Assembly (NCBI GenBank): GCA_038913135.1
Contig: JBCLES010000003.1
Coordinates: 27,696 to 91,695 of the forward strand
Length of the DNA stretch: 64,000 nucleotides
Origin: Anaerolineae bacterium
GTDB taxonomy: Bacteria; Chloroflexota; Anaerolineae; Epilineales; Epilineaceae
Direction of reading: 5' to 3'
The stretch's first letter is position 1. Each line of letters starts with the position of its first letter. Below the pieces are notes generated by a model. It did no database searches, was not told where the DNA came from, and was given only the letters and a program-made list of their open reading frames with translations. This document shows, one piece after another, positions 25,801 through 36,098 of the stretch. Made by a program: the position numbers and the translations under genes.

Positions 25801-28800
25801 GATCAGGTCGGCGTCGCTCGAGGCATACCAAGCTTCCATGATCCGGTCTTGGAGCGCCCGGGAATAATCTGATGCCTTAGCGTTCAGCACCACGAGGTCG
25901 ACCATCATTCCGCGACGGCGCAGGTAGCGGTGGGCAGTGAAGATCCGCCTTAGCGTCGGGAGCCCGTCGTCCGCATCGATCGTCGCCAGGAGGATCGGCC
26001 AATCTCCGGAGATGCCGTTGGCCCACAGTACGTGCTGCGAGCCACGATTGGCCAGCATCTCCTCTCCGCTAGCCCGAAGAGCATCGTTTGCCGACCGTGG
26101 ATAGAGCAGGCGTCCCGCGAGTTCCTGGCAGACCGCCGCATCCGCAGGCGTCAGCCCAAGCTCGCGAAGTTCAACCCGTTGCGCGGTCCACGCGAGGTCG
26201 AGCGCGCGCTTGGCAGCGTGCGGATCATGGTATCGATCCGCAAGTTCGAAGGCCTGCTCGCGCGTGGTGGCGACGAGAGTGGTAAACGCAACCGACGCCG
26301 TTTCGCCCGGCTTGAGGCGCAGCCGGACGCGGAGAGCAAAGATAGGGTCGAGCACCGAGCCCGTAGTGCCGGAAAGGGCTCCGTCCATGTTCAAGGCCGC
26401 AGGATCGCGCGTCGTCCGTCCGCGGCCGAGGAAACGGGCTCGATCGGTCTCGCAGCTGACCTCACCGATCCTCCAGCCACCGGTGTCGACCACGTGCACA
26501 CACCAGAGTTCCGGCTCGGAGAGAGAGCGCGGGCGCCTTGTGGCGGTGAGCGCCGTACACCACGGGTGATACTCGGTCTCCACGAAGAGATTGGCGAAGG
26601 CTGGATGCGAGCGTTCGACTTCGGGCGGCGTGAGCACGATCTCGCCGTAGCTTGTCAGCTCGAGATCGCACGTCGAGCGACCGCTATTCGTCACGCTCAC
26701 CCTCCGCACTTCTGCGGCATCTTCAGGCAATACGGCGATCTCCGTACGGGTCTCTATCGGACCATCGACTCGGGAATAGGTGACTCGATCGGTAGCCAGC
26801 GTCGCCTGATAAATGTCGGCCGGCACGCACGTGGGCTGATAGGCCGAAGACCAGGCCCGTCCTGCTGTGACGTTCTTCACGTAGCAGTATTGACCGGTCG
26901 CATCGGTGGTCCCGTCAGCCCACCAGCGCGTTACGGCTAGATCCTCGTATCTGCTTGAGCCTGAGCCGGAATGGCTGATGAGAACGCTATACGGTTTGCG
27001 GCCGAGAAGTGCGACGTGCGGGTAGAGCGTGTTCGGATTATCGAATTCGCGCACCGCCGGCAGGTCGATGTCTGACGAGGAGAACGCTCCGACGGCTTTA
27101 CCGGCCAGCACCGGCTGCAAGACAAGCTTGCTCGGAATGCGCTCGTGTAAGAGCAGTTCGACCGATCGGACCAGCGGGTCGGCGTGGAAGCGCTCTTGCC
27201 AAGGGCTGCCCATGAGACTGTTGGTCAAGGCGACAAGTCCCATGCCGATGTGGTGCGCCATGTAATTGCACACGATCGCCATGCGCTCTTCGCCTTCAGG
27301 TCGCGTGTAATCTATCGCGTCTCGAAAGCCGTATGGTCCGAGCGCACCTAGAGCCTCGAGAGCGCCTAGGTTGTCCATCGCGCGCCGCGGTTCGACCAAG
27401 ACGGCCAGCGCGGACGCATAGGGCGCGACGACGAGGTCTCGGTAGAGATCGCGCTTCAGAGCCAGGGTCGGTACGCCAAACGCGCGGTATTGATAGATGA
27501 AGTGGCGGTCGCGGAGGTTGTATGCGCTTTCGCTAATACCCCATGGCACTCCGCGCTCAGCCCCGTACGCGATGTGCCTTCGCACAGCGCTCTTACACGT
27601 TTGGTCTAGAAGCGTGAGTGGGTACGAGCGCATGATGAGCGACGGCATCAGGTACTCGAACATGCTACCGGTCCACGACAAGAGCACCGTGTCGGGACCA
27701 GAGCGTGTCAGGGTGCGGCCCAAGCGGAACCAGTGCTCGACGGGAGCGTCGTTCTTTGCGATCGCGATGAAGCTTGCGGTGCGGGCCTCGGAGGCTAGAA
27801 GATCGTAGAACGAATCATCCAGCCTGTGCTCGCGCTCCTGATATCCGATGGCGAAGATCTCGCGCTTCGAGTCGTAAAGGAAAGCGAAGTCCATACCGAG
27901 CGCAAATGCGTGGGCGCGGTCGGCAAGCTCGATCAATCTCCCCTTCACCTCCTCGACCGAACCCGTTTGCCCGGCGATCTGGAGGCACGCCTGTTTCAAC
28001 GCGATCAGATGTCCGGCTAGGTTGCCGCTGTCAACAGTCGAAATGTAAGCGGGTTCCATGACGTCGAGCGTGTTGAGGTCATACCAATTGAACCAATGGC
28101 CGCGAAAGCGGCGCATCCGTTCGAGCGAACCGAAGGCGAGCTCAATCCGGCGCACCATTTCATCGGCTTCGATGAAGCCAAGATCGAACGCGCTCACAGT
28201 GGCAAGGAGCTGAAGTCCGATGTTGGTCGGCGAAGTTCGCATTGCGACGACGGGCGTCGGATCCTCCTGGAAATTGTCGGGGGTCAGCCAACTCGTCTCC
28301 GCGTTTACGAAACGCTCGTAGAATTCCCAATGCAGGCGCGCGTAGCGCATTGCCTGGTCCCTAAGACCATCCGGGATTTCGGGCTCGATGTTCTCGACGG
28401 GACGGCTCAGGCCGGTTGCGATCGCCGGGGAAGCTGCCCATAGAAGGGCGATCGGTACAACGGCCAATGCGAATCGCAATGAGTCGGCGGTGACTGCTCG
28501 CGTGAACGCGTCGATGCACCCCAACACCAAGAGGACACAAGCGAACACTACTGCCGGCGACATCGCCCGCCAGTTGGCCCTAGCGTTGTTCGAAATCGAA
28601 CGCTCAGTCAGATACGCGGTCTGCCATTCCAAGAGGTTGCGCCTGGTAACGAACAGCCGTACAAGCGTCCGCAGAATCGCGTCAGCCGATACCCAAGCTT
28701 GATGCGGCAAGAAGGCGACGGCAAGCCCGAATTGCTTCACGCTCGTCACGGCATCGCGCAGGACGGAGCCGTAATACGCCCTTAGGGACGCAGAGTGCGG

Positions 28801-31470
28801 AATGCGCAATGCGGCAATCAGAAACGCGATGATCCACGGAGCCGCGATAGCACCGAGCGCCAGCGCCGTGTAGCGGATCGGCGACCCAGGCAGCACGGTC
28901 CAGCCGGCGACGAGGAACGCAAGGAGCGCGATTTCGGTTCCGCTTCGCCGGAGATTGTCGAAGATCTTCCAGCGCGACAGGATTGTAAGAATGTTCCGTT
29001 CGCGGCTATCCGGCCGGCTGATGTGCGGCGTGAGCCAGTCGAGAAGCTGCCAATCGCCCCTAATCCAGCGATGCTTGCGGCGGGTGAACGCGAGATAGTG
29101 CGCCGGGTAATCGTCATAGAGCTGGATCTCGGTGACAAGACCGGAGCGGGCTAAGCTGCCTTCAATGAGGTCATGCGATAGGACCGTGTTCGGCGGAAAG
29201 CGGCCGCGCGTCGCCCGTTCGAAGATGTCGACGTCATAGATGCCCTTCCCGGTAAAGCTGCCTTCGCCGTAGAGGTCCTGGTACACGTCGGAAACGGCAG
29301 TCGTGTAAGGGTCGACTCCTGGCTGCCCTGAATGGATCGCGGCAAAGCGCGAGCGATGAGCGCTGGGCAGCGATACCCCAACCCTCGGCTGCAGGATTCC
29401 GTAGCCTCTGATGACACGCCCACGCGCAGGGTCGAACACGGCCCGATTGAGTGGATGCGCCATGGCTCCGACAAGGCGCTGGGCAGCGTCGGGGGGCAAC
29501 ACGGTATCGGCGTCCAGCGTAATGACGTAGCGCACCTTCCGGAGCGGCTCGACATCGCCGACGATCTTCGAGAACGCGCCCTCTTGGCCGCGCAGGAAGC
29601 GGTTGAATTCGGAGAGCTTCCCGCGCTTGCGCTCCCAGCCCATCCACACGCCCTGTTGCGGATTCCAGCGCCGTGGTCGGTGGAAGAGATAGAAGACGTC
29701 GTCAGCGCCGTTGGTATAGCGTGCGTTGAGCGCGCGAATCCCCTCGGCAGCAGCTTCGATAATCGCCGGATCGCCCGGCTCGAGTTCCTGCGGCGCATCG
29801 ACTAGGTCGGACAATATGGCGAAATGGAGGTGGTTGCCCCGATTGGCAAGGTATTGAACTTCAAGGTGCTCCAACGTTTCTTCGACCGCGCCGACGCTCT
29901 CTATGAGAATCGGTACCACGACCGCGGTCCGGAGTTCCTCAGAGATGCCTGCCGGTCCGCTCATGTCCAGCATCGGCAGCCGGCGGGGCGGCAGGAACGT
30001 CGTGAAAAGCTGATTGATCATGTTCACCGCGATGTCTATCGCGGGCAGTAGGACGAAGGGCAGCACCGCAGCCCAAGCGGAGCGCGCCTCGGGCCCGACC
30101 AGTCCGAAGGCCGCCGCAATCCCGATAGCGGTCCCGATGACGATGCCCCCGACGAACACAAAGTTGGGGTGCCGCATCCCCAGGCGGAAGATCGCTTGGC
30201 CTACTTTCGGATTGTATCCGCAGGCACGTTCCAGGTCGTCGCGACCGTGGTCTTCGATGTAGTAGCCGATGTGCGAACGAAGCGGGATTTCGAATGGCTG
30301 CGATTGGCCTTCGCCGCCTTCCACCGTGTCGGATCCCAGCGCTGCATCCCCGGCAGCGCTGCGCGCGAGTTCGACTACCCTGCGAGCCACCGCCGCCTCG
30401 CTCAGCTTGGTCCGGCGAGCGATCGATTCGATCGCGTGGCGATAGCGATCGCGTGTCTCGAAGTCCATGCGGTGGTAATAGCCGGCTGGATCCTCGCGCA
30501 GCATGGTATCGATCACGCACAGACTTTCGACGACGGTCCGCCAGTCGATGTGGGCGAGGGTTCGCAGGCTCGTAATGCTGTTCGCGATCATGATCTGGGT
30601 GTGCGCCAGATGCTCGGTCGCAAGGTCCGCCGCGGTCTTCGAGCTAAAGGATTCGAGAGCGATCCATTGCTCAAGGCGGACCAGCGGCTGGTACTGGCCT
30701 TGGATCGAGTGCAGCTGGTGAAGGAAGCGCGAAACGAAGGTCGGCGATAAGGGAGGGTGGGAGGTGGTGAATTCGTCGAGCAGGGAGCCGAGTTCAGCTG
30801 CACCCTCGCTATCCGCTGCCTCGATCCGCGCCGCCCACTGGTCGGCGAGTTCGCGCTCTTCTATCCGCTTCAGCGTTCGCAGCGCCATACGTCGAATGTT
30901 TTCGATTAGGCTGAGGCGAAGCATCGCCGGCATTGCCCAGAGCTCACCCAGGGTGAGCGCCTCCACTTCCTGGAAAGCTCCAAAGCAAAGCTCGATATTT
31001 TCTCGGTCTATCCGACCTTCGGAGTGCGATATCAAGGTGATGCAAAGGTCGTAGATTCGCGGATATCCGGAGAGTGGGCCATGCTGCAGCGTCGGCAACT
31101 CGTTGTAATAAGATGGCGGCAGGTTCAAGCGCACTTCGCGCGTGTGCTCTTGGACGACATGGTTGTTGTCCAAGAGCCACTCGCCGGCCGGTCCGACGTC
31201 GCTGCCCCGCTCAGCAGCCTCCACCAACTTGGAGTGAACGTCGGACAGGACCTTCCGACTCTCATCGAGCCGCGCAAGGAGCAGCGACACACGCGGTTTA
31301 GCCGTTCGGGACGGCCAGATCCGCTGTTCGACGGCGATGGCCCTCGCCCGCTGCGCGAGATGTTCCGATCCGAGCAGCGCGCCGCGGATCGGACCGGTCA
31401 GAAGCTCGCCACCTCCCGCCGCGGTCCGACGCAGGAGCCGATCGAAGACCGATCGTCTGCGATCAGCCAC
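22876..31470 (-). CDS. ndvB: Cyclic beta-1,2-glucan synthase (GT84 glycosyltransferase + GH94 phosphorylase-like domains; NdvB/ChvB/Cgs family)
   Basis: 2864 aa with N-terminal TM helices. GT domain has ITLDADTVLPPDAAQRL and RRKHRWIRGDWQLL. The C-terminal GH94-like region has GGGDWNDGMNRVG. Size and order match Cgs/NdvB. GTG start at 31470. Confidence 0.9.
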   Translation of the reverse strand: MADRRRSVFDRLLRRTAAGGGELLTGPIRGALLGSEHLAQRARAIAVEQRIWPSRTAKPRVSLLLARLDESRKVLSDVHSKLVEAAERGSDVGPAGEWLLDNNHVVQEHTREVRLNLPPSYYNELPTLQHGPLSGYPRIYDLCITLISHSEGRIDRENIELCFGAFQEVEALTLGELWAMPAMLRLSLIENIRRMALRTLKRIEERELADQWAARIEAADSEGAAELGSLLDEFTTSHPPLSPTFVSRFLHQLHSIQGQYQPLVRLEQWIALESFSSKTAADLATEHLAHTQIMIANSITSLRTLAHIDWRTVVESLCVIDTMLREDPAGYYHRMDFETRDRYRHAIESIARRTKLSEAAVARRVVELARSAAGDAALGSDTVEGGEGQSQPFEIPLRSHIGYYIEDHGRDDLERACGYNPKVGQAIFRLGMRHPNFVFVGGIVIGTAIGIAAAFGLVGPEARSAWAAVLPFVLLPAIDIAVNMINQLFTTFLPPRRLPMLDMSGPAGISEELRTAVVVPILIESVGAVEETLEHLEVQYLANRGNHLHFAILSDLVDAPQELEPGDPAIIEAAAEGIRALNARYTNGADDVFYLFHRPRRWNPQQGVWMGWERKRGKLSEFNRFLRGQEGAFSKIVGDVEPLRKVRYVITLDADTVLPPDAAQRLVGAMAHPLNRAVFDPARGRVIRGYGILQPRVGVSLPSAHRSRFAAIHSGQPGVDPYTTAVSDVYQDLYGEGSFTGKGIYDVDIFERATRGRFPPNTVLSHDLIEGSLARSGLVTEIQLYDDYPAHYLAFTRRKHRWIRGDWQLLDWLTPHISRPDSRERNILTILSRWKIFDNLRRSGTEIALLAFLVAGWTVLPGSPIRYTALALGAIAAPWIIAFLIAALRIPHSASLRAYYGSVLRDAVTSVKQFGLAVAFLPHQAWVSADAILRTLVRLFVTRRNLLEWQTAYLTERSISNNARANWRAMSPAVVFACVLLVLGCIDAFTRAVTADSLRFALAVVPIALLWAASPAIATGLSRPVENIEPEIPDGLRDQAMRYARLHWEFYERFVNAETSWLTPDNFQEDPTPVVAMRTSPTNIGLQLLATVSAFDLGFIEADEMVRRIELAFGSLERMRRFRGHWFNWYDLNTLDVMEPAYISTVDSGNLAGHLIALKQACLQIAGQTGSVEEVKGRLIELADRAHAFALGMDFAFLYDSKREIFAIGYQEREHRLDDSFYDLLASEARTASFIAIAKNDAPVEHWFRLGRTLTRSGPDTVLLSWTGSMFEYLMPSLIMRSYPLTLLDQTCKSAVRRHIAYGAERGVPWGISESAYNLRDRHFIYQYRAFGVPTLALKRDLYRDLVVAPYASALAVLVEPRRAMDNLGALEALGALGPYGFRDAIDYTRPEGEERMAIVCNYMAHHIGMGLVALTNSLMGSPWQERFHADPLVRSVELLLHERIPSKLVLQPVLAGKAVGAFSSSDIDLPAVREFDNPNTLYPHVALLGRKPYSVLISHSGSGSSRYEDLAVTRWWADGTTDATGQYCYVKNVTAGRAWSSAYQPTCVPADIYQATLATDRVTYSRVDGPIETRTEIAVLPEDAAEVRRVSVTNSGRSTCDLELTSYGEIVLTPPEVERSHPAFANLFVETEYHPWCTALTATRRPRSLSEPELWCVHVVDTGGWRIGEVSCETDRARFLGRGRTTRDPAALNMDGALSGTTGSVLDPIFALRVRLRLKPGETASVAFTTLVATTREQAFELADRYHDPHAAKRALDLAWTAQRVELRELGLTPADAAVCQELAGRLLYPRSANDALRASGEEMLANRGSQHVLWANGISGDWPILLATIDADDGLPTLRRIFTAHRYLRRRGMMVDLVVLNAKASDYSRALQDRIMEAWYASSDADLIDRPGGIFMRHADQLAADGLQMLRATARVHIPCDGRSLGKILETESRATDTENGVAYELGQMDLQGQSLGQGRGQGQGRGYGQGKGTEGDGTQPMDMGDARKASMEAMEAAVEAKGEKSQVPEPLLFDNGFGGLSSTGDYVIRVRGDDLPPAPWSNVIANPLGGFVVTERGAGFTWALSSYFFRLTPWHNDPVSDPTGDAIYLRDDESGDMWSATPAPVRRDIAYAVRHGAGSTVFEHEHNGLEVSLTLAMAENSPVKISVLQVKNTGARSRRLSVTSYAEWTLGVSREKAQHRVHTAYEGEFGAIFAWNSFNPELAGQVAFAAMSEPPTCHTADRREFLGRNGTLGDPSALRFPASSPGLAGSTGAGIDPCAALQCVIELAPGESRQVVVLLGAALGEVRARELVAAYRSPESASQAIADSVEAWRDRLSGIIVKTPEPAFDAMINRWSLYQALACRMWARSAIYQSSGAYGFRDQLQDVMAFVYAQPEITRAHILRAAEHQFVEGDVMHWWHEQSGTGVRTRFSDDLVWLPYVVDHYVRITGDESVLDEVVNFLNMPELKPGEHEVFGRPERSEQQASIYDHCLRALDRACTTGAHGLPLIGGGDWNDGMNRVGIGGQGESVWLAWFLTTTLRALAIHAERRGDEPVAKDLLARAEAYVTAVETHGWDGEWYRRAFYDDGTPLGSASSTECRIDSIAQSWSVISGAGDPDRRSRAMRSFEAHLVDEEAKLIALLTPPFDETPLDPGYIKGYLPGVRENGAQYTHAALWSVLATALQGDGDRAFELFQMLNPLTHARTREEVERYKVEPYVVAADVYTADGQLGRGGWTWYTGAASWMYRVGLEAILGFSKRGDTLVIEPCVPTGWQAITVEYRHGSAVYVIEVHEPARLGEAMRAARPSREAIGGAEQFTDGRERSGKGIEGRERQIEPKETQSLAVEIVVDGRILDTAVIPLVDDGERHMVVVRPIGGDGVM

Positions 31471-31656
31471 CCTTCAGATGCACATCGAGGAGGCCGGTCG
31501 GGCGCCGAGGCGAACAAGTAGTCACCGCAGTGACCGCCTGCGGGCAGAGGATATTTATGTCCTCGGTCGGGCTCAGTGCATTGAGGTCGGTGGGCATGAA
31601 CTTGCTCCGTGATCGCTTCCCGGCACCTAATCGGCCTGGACTATAGCGATACACAG

Positions 31657-34404
31657 TCAATCGAGGGCATCGACGAGCGAGGAGTCACCGGGAGGGGGAG
31701 GTGGTCGAGTGATCAAGACCGCACGGTTCCAAGTATGGTCTAGGATAACGACCCGCCCAGCTTCGTCCCACGCCGAATCCGCCGCCTGAGCGAACGGCAA
31801 CGGTACGACCCCACTCGCAGGTACGGCGGAGACGCCTTCAGGCGCGGGATCATCGTACAGGAAGACGCGAAAATTCTGAGGGTTCCCGTAGCCGTCGACA
31901 CTCAACAGCATCCGATTTGTGACCGGCTCGAAAGATATGAAGCGCGGCGTGCAGGGTTCCTCCTCTCTCTTGGGTGAGCAAGCCACGGCTCGGAAACTCT
32001 CTTTGCCGTACACCCGCGCCGCCTCAAGCTCGCCCCGCGCCCAGAAGAGCTTTGGTGAAGGAATCTCTGGTAGATCATCCGCCAGATATGCCACCACACG
32101 CTGATTGCCCTGACCCTCCCAATGCCCGTCGACGACGTACAGGTCACCACGCCTATCGAACCTGATCTGCGTCGGCAAGCAGAAGCTGTCGGCGAGCGGT
32201 GCCGGACGACTCCGGCCGCGATTGCAGTCGCCACTTGTCGCGTCGTCCTGTCCAAGTACGACATCGATCTCCCGCTCCGGCGTGCTGAAGGCGAGCACGC
32301 GAACAATCCGATTCATTCTGCTGTCCGACAGCCACGCTATGTCCCGCTCAACATCGAGAGCGATGCCCAACACGTCGAGGCGAGTGGTCCCTCCACCCCG
32401 CAGCTTCAACACGGATCCGATTCTGAAATCCGGTTCGGCACGAGACTCCAAACCACCGTCAGTCCGCCAAACCATGATCCCGTCGGCATGAGCGGCGTAA
32501 AGAAGCGCCCGCTCGGCATCGTGGGCGAGCGCAACGAAATCGCCGCCGATAGGGCCTGGCGGCGAGTCCTGTCGCTCGAAGCTCGCCTGGCCAAGCACGG
32601 CATCCGCCTCGCCCGCCCCGGCAGCCGCTTCATCGATGCCATCCGCATAGCCGTGCCAGACCAGCAACCGCCTCCGGTCCGCGATGACCAATCGGTCGTC
32701 GACGATCGTGAGCGCTCCAGGATTGGTCAGCCCGAATGCCCCGAGTCGATTGGCATGCATCAGCCTTGAGCCATACGTGACGGGCGGCGGAAGCAGGGCG
32801 GCATCGGCGCTCCGCGCAACACGATCAGTCCGCGGCTCAGGGATTGGCGCCGGAAAGCGCACCACGTTCTGGTCATATAAGTTCATAACGTAAACGCTGC
32901 CGTCGCGATCGATCCCAACCGAGCCATATGTGTTGCATGCCCGTGTTGGAAGCAACCCATCGCCCAGACTGTCCCGGCAGCCGACGGTCTCGAAGTCAGC
33001 CTGGCCCAGCACTCGCCGAGGCTCGCCACCAACGTATTGAATGATCCGGCTATGGTCGCCGTCGCTCACCCAAAGACCGTCCTCGACCAGCGGATCGAGC
33101 GTCAGTCCTCTTGCCCAGAACAAACCCGCAACCGGCGGTTCATACACTCGTGCCGCAACCTGCCCGTTCTCCCGCGGCGCGTCCCAAATCACCACGCGAG
33201 CATCAGCTCCGTCGCCGTCGAGCACATAGAGTCGATCGAGCGCCGGGTCATACCGAACGGCATTCGGCTTGCATAGAAACGCCAATTCATACGGCGGGCT
33301 GCAGCGCGCGATCCGGGTCGAAAAGTCAGGCTGCCCGATGACTAGATCGGCCTCGCTCCCGTCCGTCGGAATGCGAAGCACCCGATGATTCCCCAAATCC
33401 GCAACCCACAGATATTGCCCATCCGGCGTGACGTCAAGTCCGGCCGAGAAGTAATAGTTGGGATAGAAGCGGTCGACCTCGCCGGTACAGAGCGTATCGG
33501 GTCCGGGCGCCTCCCGCCCCTGGTTACATTGCCTCGACACAAAGTCGGATTGCCCCCAAACGGCATCGGCGCGCGTCGCCTCACCGCGATCCTCCTCCGC
33601 TGTGCCGAACGGATCGTCGAACCGCAGCACCCGATTGTTGAACGGATCCACCACGTAAACATCGTGCTGGGCATCGACCGCAAGGCTGTTGCCGCGCGGT
33701 CCTTCCGAAGTGCTAATCTGCTCCGGAAACGGCACCGCGCACAAAGTATCCGCCGCAGCCGGCGCCTGCCGCGTATTGTCCCGATTGCACGCCGCATGCC
33801 CTGCCCCTGAAGGCTGCCCGAAAATCAGATCGGCAGGCCGGTCAGTCCCCCCTGAACACCTCCCACCACCGCACCCCGAATTTTCAGTACAAGCCGCCCC
33901 AGCGCTAGACCCGCCCTCGCAAGTCCCGACATGTTCCAGCCCTAACATCCGATTGTTCCCAGCATCCCAGATATACACCCGGCTGGGCGTGCCCTCCGGC
34001 ATCCGATCAACTACCACTCCGCCCGGATGAAACACCCTATTAGCGACCACTTCGTTGAACGCGGTCTGAGTGAAGTCGATCTGGCCGAAAATGCGGCTTG
34101 GCGTCCAGCTGGGCTCGCTTGGAGAAGGACTCGGTGTCGGACTTGGTGTCGGACTTGGACTCGGTGTCGGACTCGGCCCCGGGGATGCGGGAGTGCCCGG
34201 CGTGTCGACCGACGTCGGCGGCGGACCGCTCGTCCCCGCCGTCTCGGTTGCTCCTGGCGCCAGCGTTGGTGGAACTCCGTGATCGAGAACAAGCGGAAAG
34301 TGCACTCGACCATCCTCCACCTGCGCTCCGCTTCCCCTTGGCGAAGGAGCGAAGCAGGCGCTAACGCATGCCGCGATGATTACAGCGTGTCTGAATCGGC
34401 GCAT
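31657..34404 (-). CDS. Secreted NHL-repeat beta-propeller protein with Pro/Thr/Ser linker
   Basis: Signal peptide MRRFRHAVIIAACVSACFA; PSPTPSPSPTPSPTPSPSPS linker (about 34111-34188). Repeated NHL-like strands (FNNRVLRFDDPF, GNHRVLRIP, MNRIVRVLAF). Confidence 0.8.
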   Translation of the reverse strand: MRRFRHAVIIAACVSACFAPSPRGSGAQVEDGRVHFPLVLDHGVPPTLAPGATETAGTSGPPPTSVDTPGTPASPGPSPTPSPSPTPSPTPSPSPSEPSWTPSRIFGQIDFTQTAFNEVVANRVFHPGGVVVDRMPEGTPSRVYIWDAGNNRMLGLEHVGTCEGGSSAGAACTENSGCGGGRCSGGTDRPADLIFGQPSGAGHAACNRDNTRQAPAAADTLCAVPFPEQISTSEGPRGNSLAVDAQHDVYVVDPFNNRVLRFDDPFGTAEEDRGEATRADAVWGQSDFVSRQCNQGREAPGPDTLCTGEVDRFYPNYYFSAGLDVTPDGQYLWVADLGNHRVLRIPTDGSEADLVIGQPDFSTRIARCSPPYELAFLCKPNAVRYDPALDRLYVLDGDGADARVVIWDAPRENGQVAARVYEPPVAGLFWARGLTLDPLVEDGLWVSDGDHSRIIQYVGGEPRRVLGQADFETVGCRDSLGDGLLPTRACNTYGSVGIDRDGSVYVMNLYDQNVVRFPAPIPEPRTDRVARSADAALLPPPVTYGSRLMHANRLGAFGLTNPGALTIVDDRLVIADRRRLLVWHGYADGIDEAAAGAGEADAVLGQASFERQDSPPGPIGGDFVALAHDAERALLYAAHADGIMVWRTDGGLESRAEPDFRIGSVLKLRGGGTTRLDVLGIALDVERDIAWLSDSRMNRIVRVLAFSTPEREIDVVLGQDDATSGDCNRGRSRPAPLADSFCLPTQIRFDRRGDLYVVDGHWEGQGNQRVVAYLADDLPEIPSPKLFWARGELEAARVYGKESFRAVACSPKREEEPCTPRFISFEPVTNRMLLSVDGYGNPQNFRVFLYDDPAPEGVSAVPASGVVPLPFAQAADSAWDEAGRVVILDHTWNRAVLITRPPPPPGDSSLVDALD

Positions 34405-34458
34405 GTCGCTCTCCGATCTACGTTCGTCGCGACCTGTATCCCTGAAGTAGTCTGCGCG

Positions 34459-35388
34459 CTAATCCTTGTCTAGCTGTCGACCATCCGCAAGGTCGGCGAC
34501 TAAGTGTCTCAGATACTTCGCTGCGCGCACCAACCTACTGCCGTACCATGAAAACATCTCCCCATCGACCAATCGCACGTTGACGCCCGGAAACTTTTCG
34601 GCGAACTCTGCTCGATAGACCTCGTCGAACGGAAAGGGCTCGGAGGCGAGCAAGATAAGATCGAGTCCGGACGTCCGCAACTGGTCGTCGTTTACTACCG
34701 GGTATCTCGAGTCTCCGGCTAGCTGCACTGACATCGGCCCCGCCGGCTTGTCGCTCGCGGACAAATCCCCCGCTAGCGCCGATTCGGCTGGAAGCGTCTG
34801 CGCTCCGAACGCATTCTCGAATCCACAGATCGTCAGCATCGCATCGATAAACGTCGGCCGACCGGCGACCATGTGCGGCTTGCGCCAGATCACATAGGCG
34901 ACCCGAAGCGCGTTGGGAAGCCGAGGCAGGGCGTCGAACGCAAGTTCAACATCGGCCGCGATCTTCTCGGCCTCGCTGGCCCTGTCGACCACGCCGCCGA
35001 CCGACCGGATCATCCGTATCGCCCCGACAAGATCCCGGACGTCGCTCATCCATACCGGATAGTCGATCTCCAGCCGTTCGATCGCTCCGCGCTCGTTTTC
35101 TTCCATGTTCCCGATGATGAGATCGGGCTCGAGCCGCTCGATGATGTCGAAGCGGAGCGTCTTGGTACCACCGACGACCTCTTTCTTAGCCACCTCGCCT
35201 GCCGGATGAACGCAATAGCGGGTCACCCCGACAACGCGCTCACCGACCCCGAGATCGAACAAGAGTTCAGTCTGCGATGGCACGAGCGAGACGATCCGTT
35301 GCGGCAGCGCCGGCACAGAAACGGACCGCCCCATCTGATCGACGACCAACTTCCTGGCGGCCACCAAATCACCCCGCCGAAACACCAA
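34459..35388 (-). CDS. BtuF/TroA-like periplasmic-binding-fold protein (cobalamin/siderophore type), no obvious signal peptide
   Basis: [32 protein letters not shown]..., [12 protein letters not shown]... is typical of the helical-backbone class III SBP fold. Confidence 0.7.
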   Translation of the reverse strand: MVFRRGDLVAARKLVVDQMGRSVSVPALPQRIVSLVPSQTELLFDLGVGERVVGVTRYCVHPAGEVAKKEVVGGTKTLRFDIIERLEPDLIIGNMEENERGAIERLEIDYPVWMSDVRDLVGAIRMIRSVGGVVDRASEAEKIAADVELAFDALPRLPNALRVAYVIWRKPHMVAGRPTFIDAMLTICGFENAFGAQTLPAESALAGDLSASDKPAGPMSVQLAGDSRYPVVNDDQLRTSGLDLILLASEPFPFDEVYRAEFAEKFPGVNVRLVDGEMFSWYGSRLVRAAKYLRHLVADLADGRQLDKD

Positions 35389-36040
35389 CCCCGACCGGAC
35401 AAGCCACCCCGGTCCCGCCTATCCCGCAATACCCGTTGGGGTTCTTTGCCAAATATTGCTGGTGATAGTCCTCCGCGTAATAGAACGGCCCCGCCTCCGC
35501 CATCGCCGCAATCTCCGTGGTTATCTCGCCGCGTCCCGCCTTCGCGAGCGCCGCCTGATACACCCTCAGCGATGCCTCAGCCGCCGCCAATTGATCTGCC
35601 GACGAAGCAAGAATCACCGATCGATACTGCGTGCCGACGTCGCCGCCCTGGCGCATTCCTTGAGTGGGATCGTGGTTCTCCCAGAATATGCGCAGCAGCT
35701 CCTCAAAGCTGACTACGCCCGGATCGAACACCACAAGCACCACTTCCGAGTGCCCCGTCCGCCCCGAGCAAGCTTCTTGATAAGTCGGATTCGGCGTAAA
35801 TCCGCCCGCGTACCCTACCGCCGTCGAGTACACCCCCGGAGTCTCCCAGAACAGGCGCTCGGCTCCCCAGAAGCAGCCCATTCCGAAGACAGCCTGCTCG
35901 AGCCCTTTCTGGAACGGCGGCTTCAAGGGATGCCCATTGACGAAGTGCGAATCCGGCACGACCATTTCGGCAGCACGCCCCGGCAGCGCGTCCGACGGAT
36001 CGATCATGTGCGCCTTGTTTCCGAATAGCTTCGAGAGCAT
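35369..36040 (-). CDS. msrA: Peptide-methionine (S)-S-oxide reductase MsrA
   Basis: [13 protein letters not shown] active-site motif. ATG at 36040 (MLSKLFGNK) after GGGAG. The track ORF begins at an upstream TTG. Confidence 0.9.
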   Translation of the reverse strand: MLSKLFGNKAHMIDPSDALPGRAAEMVVPDSHFVNGHPLKPPFQKGLEQAVFGMGCFWGAERLFWETPGVYSTAVGYAGGFTPNPTYQEACSGRTGHSEVVLVVFDPGVVSFEELLRIFWENHDPTQGMRQGGDVGTQYRSVILASSADQLAAAEASLRVYQAALAKAGRGEITTEIAAMAEAGPFYYAEDYHQQYLAKNPNGYCGIGGTGVACPVGVGVSAG

Positions 36041-36098
36041 CAGTAACTCCCGTAAAAGGTCTTCCAATGGGCGAGGACCGTTGCCGGTCGAACTTGGA

